A DNA stretch of 64,000 nucleotides from Patescibacteria group bacterium (GTDB taxonomy: Bacteria; Patescibacteriota; Patescibacteriia; Veblenbacterales; UBA10138), in contig JBAZQK010000008.1 in NCBI GenBank assembly GCA_041645215.1, forward strand, positions 1,744 through 65,743, given 5' to 3'. A program made the position numbers and the translations under genes. Position 1 is the first letter of the stretch. Every line of letters starts with the position of its first letter. The notes beneath the pieces are model-generated. The model did no database searches, was not told where the DNA came from, and saw only the letters and a list, made by a program, of their open reading frames with translations. Shown piece after piece: positions 35,578-45,374 of the stretch.

Positions 35578-37053
35578 ATGGCCACTTTTGAAGATTTAAA
35601 GGTTTTAGTGCGAACCAATAATCCCGAGGCCGACCTGGGACTGCTGGAGCGCGCCTTTGAGTTCGCGGACAAAGCCCACGCCGGCCAAAAACGGCTGGAC
35701 GGCAGCGATTATATTACTCACCCCTTAGAAACGGCTTACACTTTGGCGCACATGAATTTGGATTTGGACACCATTGTCGCGGGCCTGCTTCACGATGTGC
35801 CCGAAGACACGGCGGTTTCAATTGCGGAAATTGAAAAGAATTTTGGCAGCGATGTGACTAAACTGGTTAAAGGCATTACCAAACTGGGCAAGCTCAAATA
35901 TCGCGGCCTGGAACGCTACGCGGAAAATTTGCGTAAAATGTTTATTGCCATGGCCGAGGATGTGCGGGTTATTTTAATCAAGCTGGCCGACCGACTGCAT
36001 AATCTTGCTACTTTGTCAGTCCTGCCCCCAATTAAGCAGCAGCGCATTGCGCGCGAGACTTTGGAAATTTACGCGCCGATTGCTAACCGACTGGGTATTG
36101 GTGAGTTGCGCGGCCAGCTGGAGGATATGGCTTTTAAATATGTCTACCCGGAGGAATACGACTGGGTCGTTAAACTGGCTAAAACCCGCTTAGAGGATCA
36201 ATTAGCTTACATTAATAATCAAATTAAACAGGTTAAAAAATTATTAACCGACAACAACATTGAAATCGTTCAAATTCACGGCCGCGTTAAGCACTATTAC
36301 ACCTTATACCGCAAACTTTTACGTAAAGATATGGACATTAGCAAGGTTTATGATCTGGTGGCTTTAAGAATAATTCTTAAAAATGTGGCTGATTGTTACC
36401 AGGTCTTAGGTTTGTTGCACAGCCAATGGAAGCCATTGCCGGGCCGAATTAAAGATTACATTGCCCAGCCTAAACCTAATAGTTATCGTTCTCTTCACAC
36501 CACCGTGTTTGGCGACGACGGCCACATTATTGAATTCCAAATTCGTGATCAGGAAATGCACGAGCACGCCGAATATGGCATTGCCGCCCACTGGCACTAC
36601 AAAGAAGGCGGCAAGCGCAATGTTACCCTGCCGCCGGAACAATTAAAATGGATTAAAGAATTGTTGGATTGGCAAAAGGAAATATCCGACAACGAGCAGT
36701 ATTTGCAAGCTTTAAAAATAGATATTTTTCAAAATCGCATTTTTGTATTCACCCCCAAGGGCGATGTGATTGACCTGCCGGAAGATGCCACGCCGGTTGA
36801 TTTTGCTTATTTTATTCATACTGACATTGGTAATAAGTGCAGTGGCGCTCGCGTTAACGAAAAAATCGCCGCCCTTGACACCAAACTTAAAAGCGGCGAT
36901 TTGGTGGAAATAATAGTGGACAAAAATCGCGGTGGTCCCAGTGAAGATTGGCTAAAGTTTGTTAAAACTAATCTGGCTAAAAGTCATATTAAAAACTATT
37001 TAAAACGCAAACGCGGTAGTTTGCTAAGTTTTTTCAACCGCCGGGGAAAATAA
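35578..37053 (+). CDS. rel: Short RelA/SpoT-family (p)ppGpp synthetase/hydrolase (HD + synthetase + TGS, no ACT)
   Basis: 491 aa; HD motif LLHDVPEDT; synthetase region RVKHYYTLYRK...; TGS-like IFVFTPKGDVIDLP. Confidence 0.85.
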   Translation: MATFEDLKVLVRTNNPEADLGLLERAFEFADKAHAGQKRLDGSDYITHPLETAYTLAHMNLDLDTIVAGLLHDVPEDTAVSIAEIEKNFGSDVTKLVKGITKLGKLKYRGLERYAENLRKMFIAMAEDVRVILIKLADRLHNLATLSVLPPIKQQRIARETLEIYAPIANRLGIGELRGQLEDMAFKYVYPEEYDWVVKLAKTRLEDQLAYINNQIKQVKKLLTDNNIEIVQIHGRVKHYYTLYRKLLRKDMDISKVYDLVALRIILKNVADCYQVLGLLHSQWKPLPGRIKDYIAQPKPNSYRSLHTTVFGDDGHIIEFQIRDQEMHEHAEYGIAAHWHYKEGGKRNVTLPPEQLKWIKELLDWQKEISDNEQYLQALKIDIFQNRIFVFTPKGDVIDLPEDATPVDFAYFIHTDIGNKCSGARVNEKIAALDTKLKSGDLVEIIVDKNRGGPSEDWLKFVKTNLAKSHIKNYLKRKRGSLLSFFNRRGK

Positions 37054-37170
37054 TAAAAATCCTAAATCCTAATATCTAAATCTTAAATAATACCCAAAAA
37101 TAAATCCCAATATTTTGGAGATTGGAATTTATTTAGAATTTAGGACTTAAGTTTTAGGATTTGAATTTTA
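37054..37170. repeat. AT-rich imperfect palindromic element (AAATCCTAAAT arms) after rel
   Basis: AAAATCCTAAATCCTAATATCTAAATCTTAAATAAT ... ATTTATTTAGAATTTAGGACTTAAGTTTTAGGATTTGAATTT. Confidence 0.45.
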
Positions 37171-37216
37171 CCCCGTTAGAAGCAGAATGCCCCGTGTGAG
37201 CTTCTAACGGGGTTTA
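37167..37216. mobile_element. CCCCGTTAGAA-TIR element copy f (minimal form, AGC subtype) between convergent rel and parB
   Basis: TIR CCCCGTTAGAAGC 37171-37183 / GCTTCTAACGGGG 37200-37212; 16-nt loop; direct repeats TTTA 37167-70 and 37213-16; the parB stop codon lies in the right repeat. Confidence 0.7.
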
Positions 37217-38104
37217 CTTTTTACCTGATATCTTACCAACCAGTTCCGCCAAATCGCCGCTGGAATAAAATTCAATCTCAATCTTGCCTTTTTGGTTGCC
37301 GATAATTCTAACCTTGGTCCCCAAAGTTCTTTGCAAATCAGCTTCCAGCTGGCGGAACTGCCAATTGACACCCGGCGCGCCCGCTCGCGCCCGGCCCTTA
37401 ATTTGGGCGGCCTTGGCCTCGGCCAGCCGCACCGGCAAACCCTCGGCCGTAATCAAACGGAAAAATTTTTCCTGCTCTTGGGGTGTTTCCAAACTCAATA
37501 TTACTTTGGCATGACCAAAGGTTAGTTTGCCGTCCCACAAAGCTTGCTTAATACTCTCGGGCAATTCTAACAAACGCAGAGTATTGGCTATTTGTGGCCG
37601 TGACTTGCCGACCTGTTTGGCAATTTGGTCCTGGGTTAAATTAAATTCATCGCGCAACCGGCGGTAGCCTTCGGCCTCTTCCAATGGGTTTAAATCCTGG
37701 CGCTGAATATTCTCCACCAAGGCAATCTCCAATTTTTGCTGTTCATCAAACGGGCGCACTATTACCGGCACGGTCGCCAAGCCGGCGGTTAGCGCCGCGC
37801 GCCAACGCCGTTCGCCTACGATTAAATCATAATTGCCGTCCGCCCGCTCACTTACCACCAACGGCTGTAAAATTCCATGTTCCTTAATGGAGGCCGCAAG
37901 CTCTACTAAACTGGCCTGGTCAAATTTATGGCGCGGCTGTTGGGGGTTGGCTTTTATCGCCTGGGGTGAAATCTGCCTGACGCCGCCATCAGCCACAATT
38001 TTAGTTTTGTCAGCCGCTGGCCCCGCACCCCAGTAATTATCCTTGGCTGGTTGGGACGGTATTAACGAACCCAAGCCCCGCCCGAGTTGAAAAGGTTTTA
38101 CCAT
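37214..38104 (-). CDS. parB: Chromosome partitioning protein ParB
   Basis: 296 aa; ParB box GERRWRAA, HTH, C-terminal dimerisation region. Confidence 0.85.
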   Translation of the reverse strand: MVKPFQLGRGLGSLIPSQPAKDNYWGAGPAADKTKIVADGGVRQISPQAIKANPQQPRHKFDQASLVELAASIKEHGILQPLVVSERADGNYDLIVGERRWRAALTAGLATVPVIVRPFDEQQKLEIALVENIQRQDLNPLEEAEGYRRLRDEFNLTQDQIAKQVGKSRPQIANTLRLLELPESIKQALWDGKLTFGHAKVILSLETPQEQEKFFRLITAEGLPVRLAEAKAAQIKGRARAGAPGVNWQFRQLEADLQRTLGTKVRIIGNQKGKIEIEFYSSGDLAELVGKISGKK

Positions 38105-38113
38105 AAATTAATT

Positions 38114-38222
38114 TTTATCCCGTTACATTTTAAAAACCCCGCGGTCTTGCCACGGGGATACCGCAGCAAATTCAGATCATTTCCGCGGGGTCTAATACCC
38201 CGTGGAAATGTAACGGGATTTA
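38114..38222. mobile_element. Variant TIR element (TCCCGTTACATTT termini) at the parA-parB junction
   Basis: TIR 38118-38130 / 38206-38218 (13 bp perfect); direct repeats TTTA 38114-17 and 38219-22; two internal GC hairpins CCCCGCGG..CCACGGGG and CCGCGGGG..CCCCGTGG; the last 8 codons and stop of parA are encoded by the element. Confidence 0.65.
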
Positions 38223-38986
38223 TTTTCTAAATAGCTTATTAATTCCCGGGCAAAGGCTTGATAAGCCTCGGCGCCGCGCGAGCCATGGTCATAAAGCATA
38301 ATCGGCTGGCCGTAACTGGGGGCTTCGGCCAGGCGGACATTGCGCGGTATCATAGTTTGAAAAACTTTATTGGGAAAATGCTGCTTTAGCTCGTTAACCA
38401 CCGCCTTGGCCAAGCGGTTGCGCGGATCGTACATTGTAACCAACGCCCCCAAAATACCCAAACTGGGTTTTAGATGGTTTTGAATCAGGTTAATCGTGTT
38501 AATCAGCTGACCTAACCCCTCCAGCGCGTAGTACTCGGCCTGAATCGGGATTAGCACCTGATCAGCCGCCGTCAAACCATTAATAGTCAAAAGCCCTAAG
38601 CTAGGCGGACAATCTATTAATATAATATCATACTGGTCGGATAATTTTTCCAAGGCTTGCGACAGCCGATATTCTCTGGCTTCCAGCCCCACTAATTCAA
38701 TTGCCGCGCCGGCCAAATCCGAATGCGCCGGCAAAATGTGTAGCCGCTCCAAATTAGTCGGGCGGACAATGTCGGTTACCCGCGTTGGCTCCAATAACAC
38801 CTGGTAAATATGGTTTTCACCCGTTGCCACGCGCACGCCCACGCCGGCCGAGGCGTTGCCTTGCGGGTCCATATCAACAAGCAACACGCGCTTGCCAGCC
38901 GCGCTTAAATAAGCCGCCAAATTCACGGCGGTGGTAGTTTTACCCACCCCGCCTTTTTGATTTACTAAAGCAATGGTTAAAGCCAT
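38192..38986 (-). CDS. parA: Chromosome partitioning ATPase ParA/Soj
   Basis: 264 aa; deviant Walker A KGGVGKTT, Walker B. Confidence 0.9.
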   Translation of the reverse strand: MALTIALVNQKGGVGKTTTAVNLAAYLSAAGKRVLLVDMDPQGNASAGVGVRVATGENHIYQVLLEPTRVTDIVRPTNLERLHILPAHSDLAGAAIELVGLEAREYRLSQALEKLSDQYDIILIDCPPSLGLLTINGLTAADQVLIPIQAEYYALEGLGQLINTINLIQNHLKPSLGILGALVTMYDPRNRLAKAVVNELKQHFPNKVFQTMIPRNVRLAEAPSYGQPIMLYDHGSRGAEAYQAFARELISYLENKSRYISTGY

Positions 38987-39194
38987 AAGACTTAGTTAAT
39001 TATACTGGTCAACTTGAGGTTTGACAATTAAAAAACAAACAACTTTACCTATTTTTGGATTGATTGACAACAGGAATGCCGCTTTTACCAGTTTAAAAAT
39101 ATTTCACATTAACAAATCCATAATTTATCTACAATATTAAATATAACCCCATTATAATAAATGGGGTTATTTTACAACTAAAACCATATCATTT

Positions 39195-39767
39195 TCAAGC
39201 AGGAACTTTTTCTTTTGCCACATCTTTTTCATATCTGCCGATATCACTAGTTGGTACGAGTACAGCCTCCGGAGCTAGGCTGAATTCTTTTAAATATGAG
39301 TCGTACTCATAGTCTCCAATAGAAATCAAACGACCGTTTTTATCACTTTTCAATTCAACGAAGTGTTCACCTGTTTTATACTTCATTCTTTTATTATCAA
39401 CAAAAACAGCAAATAGGGTATTGGGAGGAATATTATTCGTTGTAAAAGTTTGTAAAGGAGAGAACCGTACGTTAGGCTTAAAACAACCAGCCAAGGCTGT
39501 AGCCTTAAGGCATAGAGCGGTGCCAATTTTTAAACCTAACTCGAGCAGGAAATCTTTGTCTGGATGATCTTCCCCTAAAACAGGTAGTTCTATTAATTCC
39601 ACGGGGTGGAATTTCTTTCTCGTAGGCACCCCGCTATACAAAACTCGGAAGGCCATTGATTTGCCTGGCTCTACTTCTTCCGGTTCATTTTTACCTTCCA
39701 GATACACTACAACTGTAGCACCTACTGGCACCTCTTGTTCGGTTAAAAACAATTTGTTCTCGGCCAT
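39195..39767 (-). CDS. Hypothetical protein
   Basis: 190 aa; no recognisable motif. Confidence 0.4.
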   Translation of the reverse strand: MAENKLFLTEQEVPVGATVVVYLEGKNEPEEVEPGKSMAFRVLYSGVPTRKKFHPVELIELPVLGEDHPDKDFLLELGLKIGTALCLKATALAGCFKPNVRFSPLQTFTTNNIPPNTLFAVFVDNKRMKYKTGEHFVELKSDKNGRLISIGDYEYDSYLKEFSLAPEAVLVPTSDIGRYEKDVAKEKVPA

Positions 39768-39974
39768 AATGACCTCCTTTTTGATAGTTTATTTGATAGT
39801 GGATTGTTAATTAGCAATTTTGATATTTATAGACTACATAAAATATGTATCTTACAACCCTATAAGAAACACTAAGAAAAGTCAATACCTCTCTTCAGTT
39901 GGTGGTTATTTGGTTGGTTTTGACATTTTTGGTTAACTTTACTATATTGTGTAGGCCAATTTGATATAACTTAC

Positions 39975-40059
39975 GGGCATGTGGCGGAACTGGTATACGC
40001 ATACGACTCAAAATCGTACGGAGAAATCCATGAGGGTTCGACTCCCTCCTTGCCCACCA
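39975..40059 (+). tRNA. tRNA-Leu (anticodon CAA), type II with long variable arm, CCA encoded
   Basis: Cloverleaf: acceptor GGGCATG/CTTGCCC, anticodon stem TACGA/TCGTA with loop CTCAAAA, T-arm GAGGGTTCGACTCCCTC; TTGACA-17-TATATT promoter ~45 bp upstream. Confidence 0.8.
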
Positions 40060-40171
40060 CGCTAAGCGTGGTTATGGTTGCGCTTAGCGCGACACCAAAA
40101 AATAGTTAATAGTCAATGGACTATTGTCAGGACTCATTTAATAGGGTATCTTTAAGCAGTTAGTTTTACGA

Positions 40172-40246
40172 CGCGGGGTGGAGAAGTGGCATCTCGCCTG
40201 GCTCATAACCAGGAGATCGTGGGTTCAAGTCCCACCCCCGCAACCA
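40172..40246 (+). tRNA. tRNA-Met (CAT), initiator-like (C1:A72)
   Basis: Very similar to E. coli tRNA-fMet (CGCGGGGTGGAG...CTCATAA...GGTTCAAGTCC...CCCCGCAACCA); C1-A72 mismatch present. Confidence 0.8.
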
Positions 40247-40372
40247 ATTAACATTTAGTTCTGCATTAGGGACTTGAAGGCGACTGTACTGTTCCGCCGG
40301 TGGCGGAACGCAGACAGCGCCCGGCTGCGGAGGAAAACCGAGCCGACTGGCGGCGAGGTTTGGGGGAGCAGA

Positions 40373-40393
40373 AGTCCCACCCCCGCAACCATG
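40373..40393 (+). repeat. Partial direct repeat of the tRNA-fMet 3' end (AAGTCCCACCCCCGCAACCA), 127 bp downstream of the intact gene
   Basis: 21/21 nt identical to 40226-40246. Confidence 0.7.
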
Positions 40394-40522
40394 AACCAGT
40401 CGCTCATTACATTCGCTCCGATTCATGGCTAGCCAAGCACCACTTTTCACTATGGCCCAATAAGGGCCATTTGTTATAAAATACTGTTACAGGCTATCAG
40501 CTATTTGCTATTAGCTAATAAG

Positions 40523-40598
40523 GCAGGGTAGCTCAGTTGGTTAGAGCGAGGGACTCATAAGCCCTAGGTCGTGGGTTCGATCCCCACCCCTGCTACCA
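40523..40598 (+). tRNA. tRNA with CAT anticodon (elongator Met or Ile2-lysidine)
   Basis: GGCAGGGTAGCTCAGTTGGTTAGAGC...CTCATAA...GGTTCGATCCCCACCCCTGCTACCA. Confidence 0.8.
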
Positions 40599-40717
40599 AT
40601 ATTAAACTAAACAGGCCTTTGCCTGTTTTTTAGTTTATTATCACTTAATTACTTTTTAACCCCAATGTGCTAAAATATATATATCTTAAATATTTTTTAA
40701 AGGAAGGGGGTGACAAT

Positions 40718-40972
40718 ATGACACAAGGCAGTAAATTACATATGGTTACCTATGTATTATTGATGATTGGTGGCCTTAACTGGCTGTTAGTCGGTTTGTT
40801 CGGTTGGGATATTGGCGCATTATTTGGCGGTACGGGTGCCTATATTTCACGCATTATCTACATTCTCGTCGGTCTGTCAGCGCTGTATGAGATGTTTAAC
40901 CACAAACACATTTGCAAGGAATGTGAGGGTATGGCCAAAAGTGGCCCAACTGCTCCCACCATGTCGGTTTAA
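40718..40972 (+). CDS. DUF378 family small membrane protein
   Basis: GGLNWLLVGLFGWDIGALFGG signature; AAGGAAGGGGGTG RBS before ATG 40718. Confidence 0.65.
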   Translation: MTQGSKLHMVTYVLLMIGGLNWLLVGLFGWDIGALFGGTGAYISRIIYILVGLSALYEMFNHKHICKECEGMAKSGPTAPTMSV

Positions 40973-40983
40973 TAGCCCTAATA

Positions 40984-41016
40984 AAAAACCTTCCGCTCAC
41001 ACGGAAGGTTTTTTAT
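40984..41016 (+). terminator. Rho-independent terminator
   Basis: AAACCTTCCG-CTCACA-CGGAAGGTTTTTTAT. Confidence 0.7.
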
Positions 41017-41372
41017 CCGTTTCCGCCCCGCCGCGGCGGGACTACGGAGGACGGACGCTTAACTCCACCGCCGATGTACAAAAGGCTGGTGTGCGGGTAA
41101 GAAGAATTATTTTTTTATCTGCGCCGCGGCAACCGAAGGCTAACAATAAGAAACCCGCGACGATAAATATTGCAATTAGCGATTTGCGCATATTGTTAAT
41201 TATTTAGTTATTTAAGAATAAAATTTAAATTTACATTGCCGCTACCATAATCGGCACCAATTTCAGCATAAGACAGCCACTGGCAAATTAACAACTACCT
41301 TACCCAAAAATTTGAATCTAAATGCTTTATCAGGTAAAATTAAGTTAGTTTCATCAATTAATTGATATCTAT

Positions 41373-41831
41373 ATGTATTTAACAGTTCACAGCGCCTCAG
41401 CTTTAGTGATTGCTAAATTCATTCCCCATCCATTAGTGGCTTTACTAGCAGGTCTTGTCAGCCACTTCGTGCTGGATGCGATACCGCACGGCGATGAACA
41501 TTTAATGCGCGATCACTTCCCTAGCTGGCGCAATCTGCGTCGCCCAGTTGGCGCCGCCATGCTTGATGGTATAGTCATGCTCTTTTTACTGCTGATTTAC
41601 ATTGCCACCACGCCGCTCCCTTCTTATACTACTTTAATTTTAGCAGTGGTCGGCGCTTTGCTGCCTGATCTGCTGCAGGCAATTTATATTGTTTTCAAAC
41701 TCCGCTGGCTGAAATGGTTTTACTTAATTAATCTAAAAATACATAATTTTTCCGGGCACAAAATCCATTGGACTCAAGGCTTGCTGGTGCAAGGCATGGT
41801 TTTAGCCGCCCTGTGGCTAATGGTAATGTGA
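41373..41831 (+). CDS. Hypothetical 4-TM membrane protein
   Basis: 152 aa. Confidence 0.4.
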   Translation: MYLTVHSASALVIAKFIPHPLVALLAGLVSHFVLDAIPHGDEHLMRDHFPSWRNLRRPVGAAMLDGIVMLFLLLIYIATTPLPSYTTLILAVVGALLPDLLQAIYIVFKLRWLKWFYLINLKIHNFSGHKIHWTQGLLVQGMVLAALWLMVM

Positions 41832-42101
41832 AGCTTGTTCCGAGCCCTACGTTTTTGTCACTGCGAGTCCCGTGAGGCGGCGGCTAAAAAACCAAGCTGA
41901 ACCTTAAAGAAATTACCGAAGTCACCCCAGAAGAATTAAACGCTTTACCGAGCGCGTCGCCGATCAACGAGGGCAAATTATCGGTTAATTTGGACCAAAA
42001 AGTAAACTAACCGCCAGTTTAATCAGTGAATTTAACCGGTTCCGCTACGGCGGCGCCGGTTTTAAATTTGTTGATAACTCGTCTGTGCTATAATAAAAAA
42101 T

Positions 42102-43013
42102 ATGTTGTTAAAGGAATCATCACTTTTTTTATTGACACTATTGTTAAGCGCCTTTATCCCTTTGTCAGCTGGCGCCGTCAGCAAAAAATCTAACTATCAA
42201 GATTTTACCGCCTGGTATCAAAAAAATTTGCGCGTTAAAACCGTACCCTGGCAAGCCGCTGTCTTGCTGGACGCTCAAACTTTAGAGCCGCTCTACTTTT
42301 ACCAAGAGAACACGGTTATACCCACCGCCAGCCTGATAAAACTCATTACCGCCGGCGCGGCGCTGGAATACAAGCCGGACTGGCATCAGCGGATTGATTT
42401 TACGCCGGCCGAGAACGGCGAATTATTAACGCAATATTTAGATCCGGCCGACAAATTTTCGCGCCTGATTTTGGAACCGGGCGAAACTATGAGTCTGGAG
42501 CAGGGTTTTGCCACTATGCTTATGTCATCGGCTAATAACGCGGCGGTGGCTCTGCCACGCTGGGTCGGCGCCACGCGCGCTGAATTTATTCAACAAATGC
42601 GCGCCACCGCCGTCAAATGGGGGCTAACCAACACGACAATTGACGAACCAAGCGGCTTATCTCTGAAAAACACCAGCACGGCTTATGATATGGCCCGGGC
42701 CGCCTGCCAAGCCTTTAGCCAGTTTATGATAACGCATTATAGTTCCAAACCAAGCTACAACTACGTCTTGTCATCGGGGCGCGAAAAAATAATTAAACAC
42801 ACCGCGCACGACTTGCGCCGTTATCCGCAAAATTACTGGGGCGTCAAAACCGGCTATTTGGATGAAACCAAATTCCATATTGTTAGCGGCTTATACACGC
42901 CCAGCGGCCGCAAAGTTTGCGGCGCCGTATTATCAGTCGCGCGCCAGACTGATTCCGAACAGGCGCTGACCAAACTGGCTCACTGGGCCGACTTAATGTA
43001 CCGCTGGAAATAA
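42102..43013 (+). CDS. Serine-type D-Ala-D-Ala carboxypeptidase / penicillin-binding-protein-like (S11 family)
   Basis: 303 aa; signal peptide; SxxK (TASLIKL), SxN (SSANN), KTG (VKTGY) motifs. Confidence 0.7.
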   Translation: MLLKESSLFLLTLLLSAFIPLSAGAVSKKSNYQDFTAWYQKNLRVKTVPWQAAVLLDAQTLEPLYFYQENTVIPTASLIKLITAGAALEYKPDWHQRIDFTPAENGELLTQYLDPADKFSRLILEPGETMSLEQGFATMLMSSANNAAVALPRWVGATRAEFIQQMRATAVKWGLTNTTIDEPSGLSLKNTSTAYDMARAACQAFSQFMITHYSSKPSYNYVLSSGREKIIKHTAHDLRRYPQNYWGVKTGYLDETKFHIVSGLYTPSGRKVCGAVLSVARQTDSEQALTKLAHWADLMYRWK

Positions 43014-43085
43014 ATATACCATTCAACTATTTTTAGAAATATAAAAATGGGTTCTTGATTAGAACCCATTTGGTAATTAATCTAT

Positions 43086-44372
43086 TTATTTTACTTTCAA
43101 GGCAATGTCGCTGCGGAATTTTTTCCCGCCAACAAAATCAATTTTATCAACCGCCGCGTAGGCTTCAGCGCGGGCATCAGCCATATTATCGCCTAATCCA
43201 ACCACAGTCACAACCCGACCGCCGCTGGTAAGTAAATTAACACAATCGGCTTTTACACCAGCATAAAATAATTCAACCTCCGAAATACTGCCAGCCTCAG
43301 CCAAACCGCTAATAATATTACCAGTTTGAGGTTTTTGCGGATATCCTGGCGAAGCCAGCACTACCCCAACCGCACAACCATCTTGCCATTTTATGGTACC
43401 GGCAAATTCTTTTTGTCCGGGTTCAATGGTCCATTGAATTAATTCCAGCAAACTGCTCGCCAGCAAAGGCAAAATTACTTCCGTTTCCGGGTCGCCGAAC
43501 CGGCAATTGATTTCCAATACTTTCGGGCCATCGTCTGTTAACATCAGACCGAAATACAGTAAACCGCGATATTCAACATTATTATTTTGTAACCCCAGCA
43601 GAGTTGGATAAACAATTCCATTCATGATGGTTCCAACCAGCTCATCATCCAGATTGGTCGGCGCATAAGCACCCATACCGCCGGTCATTGAGCCTTCATC
43701 ATCGGCAAACTCGTGTTTATAATCTTTAGCCTGAAGCAGCGGTATGGCATATTTGCCATTAGTCAAAACCATAAAACTGCACTCGGTGCCAAATAATCTC
43801 TCTTCAATGATTATTCTTTCACCGGCCTGGCCGTAAATACCTTTTTCCAACGCATCAGAAGCGGCCAAGATCGCTTCCAATTTTTTAGCGCAAACTATAA
43901 CACCCTTGCCGGCACATAAACCATCGGCTTTAATAACCAAAGACGCCGTTTTGTTGTTCGTATAACCATTGATATACTTAAAAGCTTCATAAAGAGTCTT
44001 GGGCACAAAATAGCCGGCCGTGGGTACACCAGCCTTAACCAACAATTCCTTACAGCTGATTTTGCTGCCTTCGGTAACTTTAGCCGCCGCCATATTTGGT
44101 CCAAAGATTGGTAGGTTAACCGATTGAAAAAGATCAACTATGCCGTTAACCAATGGAGCTTCCGGACCCACTACAACTAAGTCGATGCTTTCATCATTAG
44201 CAATGGATAAGTATGAAACATTTGTTTCATCGGCTGGCTTGAGACAGCGAAATTTTTTAGCTATACCGGCGTTGCCGGGACTTACGATAACTTCTGTTAC
44301 GCCCGGGTCTTGGTTGAGTTTGTCAGCCAGTACGTGCTCACGCGCCCCGGAACCGATTACCATTATTTTCAT
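43086..44372 (-). CDS. purD: Phosphoribosylamine-glycine ligase
   Basis: 428 aa; ATP-grasp; MKIMVIGSGAREH N-terminus, conserved PurD C-terminal region. Confidence 0.9.
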   Translation of the reverse strand: MKIMVIGSGAREHVLADKLNQDPGVTEVIVSPGNAGIAKKFRCLKPADETNVSYLSIANDESIDLVVVGPEAPLVNGIVDLFQSVNLPIFGPNMAAAKVTEGSKISCKELLVKAGVPTAGYFVPKTLYEAFKYINGYTNNKTASLVIKADGLCAGKGVIVCAKKLEAILAASDALEKGIYGQAGERIIIEERLFGTECSFMVLTNGKYAIPLLQAKDYKHEFADDEGSMTGGMGAYAPTNLDDELVGTIMNGIVYPTLLGLQNNNVEYRGLLYFGLMLTDDGPKVLEINCRFGDPETEVILPLLASSLLELIQWTIEPGQKEFAGTIKWQDGCAVGVVLASPGYPQKPQTGNIISGLAEAGSISEVELFYAGVKADCVNLLTSGGRVVTVVGLGDNMADARAEAYAAVDKIDFVGGKKFRSDIALKVK

Positions 44373-44387
44373 GTTGCACTCCCGTAT

Positions 44388-45107
44388 TTAATGATGCTGT
44401 GAATATTTTTGTTTAGCTTCTTCAATTGCTTGTTTGTACAAATCAACTTCATTATCATGAACTACGTGTCCAAGTTTTATAATCTCAATTCTCTGGCCAC
44501 AAGCCCAGCGACGTAAAATTTCCACCACCAAATCATGCTCAATTGGTAGCAGTCTGACGGCTAAGGAATCAGCCGTATCGGTTTTAAGCACCGGTAAACC
44601 ACGAACGCCTATGATTGTACCTTGGTCGTAACAATTTGTTACTAAATGCACCGTGGCTTCCGTCATAATCGGCCGTTTGATCTTATTCATAAATCTAATG
44701 GTGGCTTCATGCACGACCTTGCCATACATACCTCGTCCGCCAAAATCATTAAAGCCGTAATTCAGTATGCCCGGATGCTGATTGATAATCCTGCCGGAAA
44801 ATTTTTCTACTACATTACTTGGTGTTTTGGCTAGCCAACCAAGCTGAGCTATAACATCAACCTGGCCAGTGGTACAAATTTCAATTATAGCTTCACCAAA
44901 AACCACCTCATCACCATTAAAATCAGCTTTGGGTCTTAATACCGTAACCGGCACGCCTAAAGCTTGGGCCTTAGCTATGCCCCCAGCCGAACTATTGCTG
45001 GCAATAACATGCGCTACCTGTGAATCTGGTATGCCGCCACTTTGGCATTCCTTTATAACTCGTTCCATGGTGGAGCCACCACCCGAAATAAGAATAACAA
45101 TATTCAT
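44388..45107 (-). CDS. purN: Phosphoribosylglycinamide formyltransferase (formyl_trans_N family)
   Basis: 239 aa; MNIVILISGGGS...INQHPGIL; adjacent to purD. Confidence 0.7.
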   Translation of the reverse strand: MNIVILISGGGSTMERVIKECQSGGIPDSQVAHVIASNSSAGGIAKAQALGVPVTVLRPKADFNGDEVVFGEAIIEICTTGQVDVIAQLGWLAKTPSNVVEKFSGRIINQHPGILNYGFNDFGGRGMYGKVVHEATIRFMNKIKRPIMTEATVHLVTNCYDQGTIIGVRGLPVLKTDTADSLAVRLLPIEHDLVVEILRRWACGQRIEIIKLGHVVHDNEVDLYKQAIEEAKQKYSQHH

Positions 45108-45277
45108 AACACCTCCAACTATACTATGATTTATTGTTTTTTTTGGCTAATCTTAGCCATATTTATTTTTTAATATGCGATTTTATATATCTAAAAGTAC
45201 TTTATCTTAATCAAAATACGTCAAAAAAGCAAATGGCCTTTTGTTTTAATTAATGAAGCCTCCACGGGCTTATCCAG

Positions 45278-45304
45278 CCTTCGTCCTCCTTAGGAGGACG
45301 AAGG
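45278..45304. terminator. Perfect 12-bp stem hairpin CCTTCGTCCTCC-TTA-GGAGGACGAAGG (GTCCTCC/GGAGGAC family)
   Basis: Read directly; downstream (minus strand) of the ZIP transporter gene. Confidence 0.55.
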
Positions 45305-45374
45305 CGGACAAAATCTAAAGAGCGCCTTCCTTGAAATAAGAAGGTGCCCTTCAAAACTAAGTTTATATTTAAAG

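Noticed and set aside
40166-40450. 94-aa minus-strand ORF
   Set aside because: It covers the initiator-like tRNA gene and its partial repeat; the region is RNA-coding or an att scar.
40812-41207. 131-aa + ORF
   Set aside because: It overlaps the DUF378 gene out of frame and then crosses a rho-independent terminator into GC-rich hairpins. It has no RBS.
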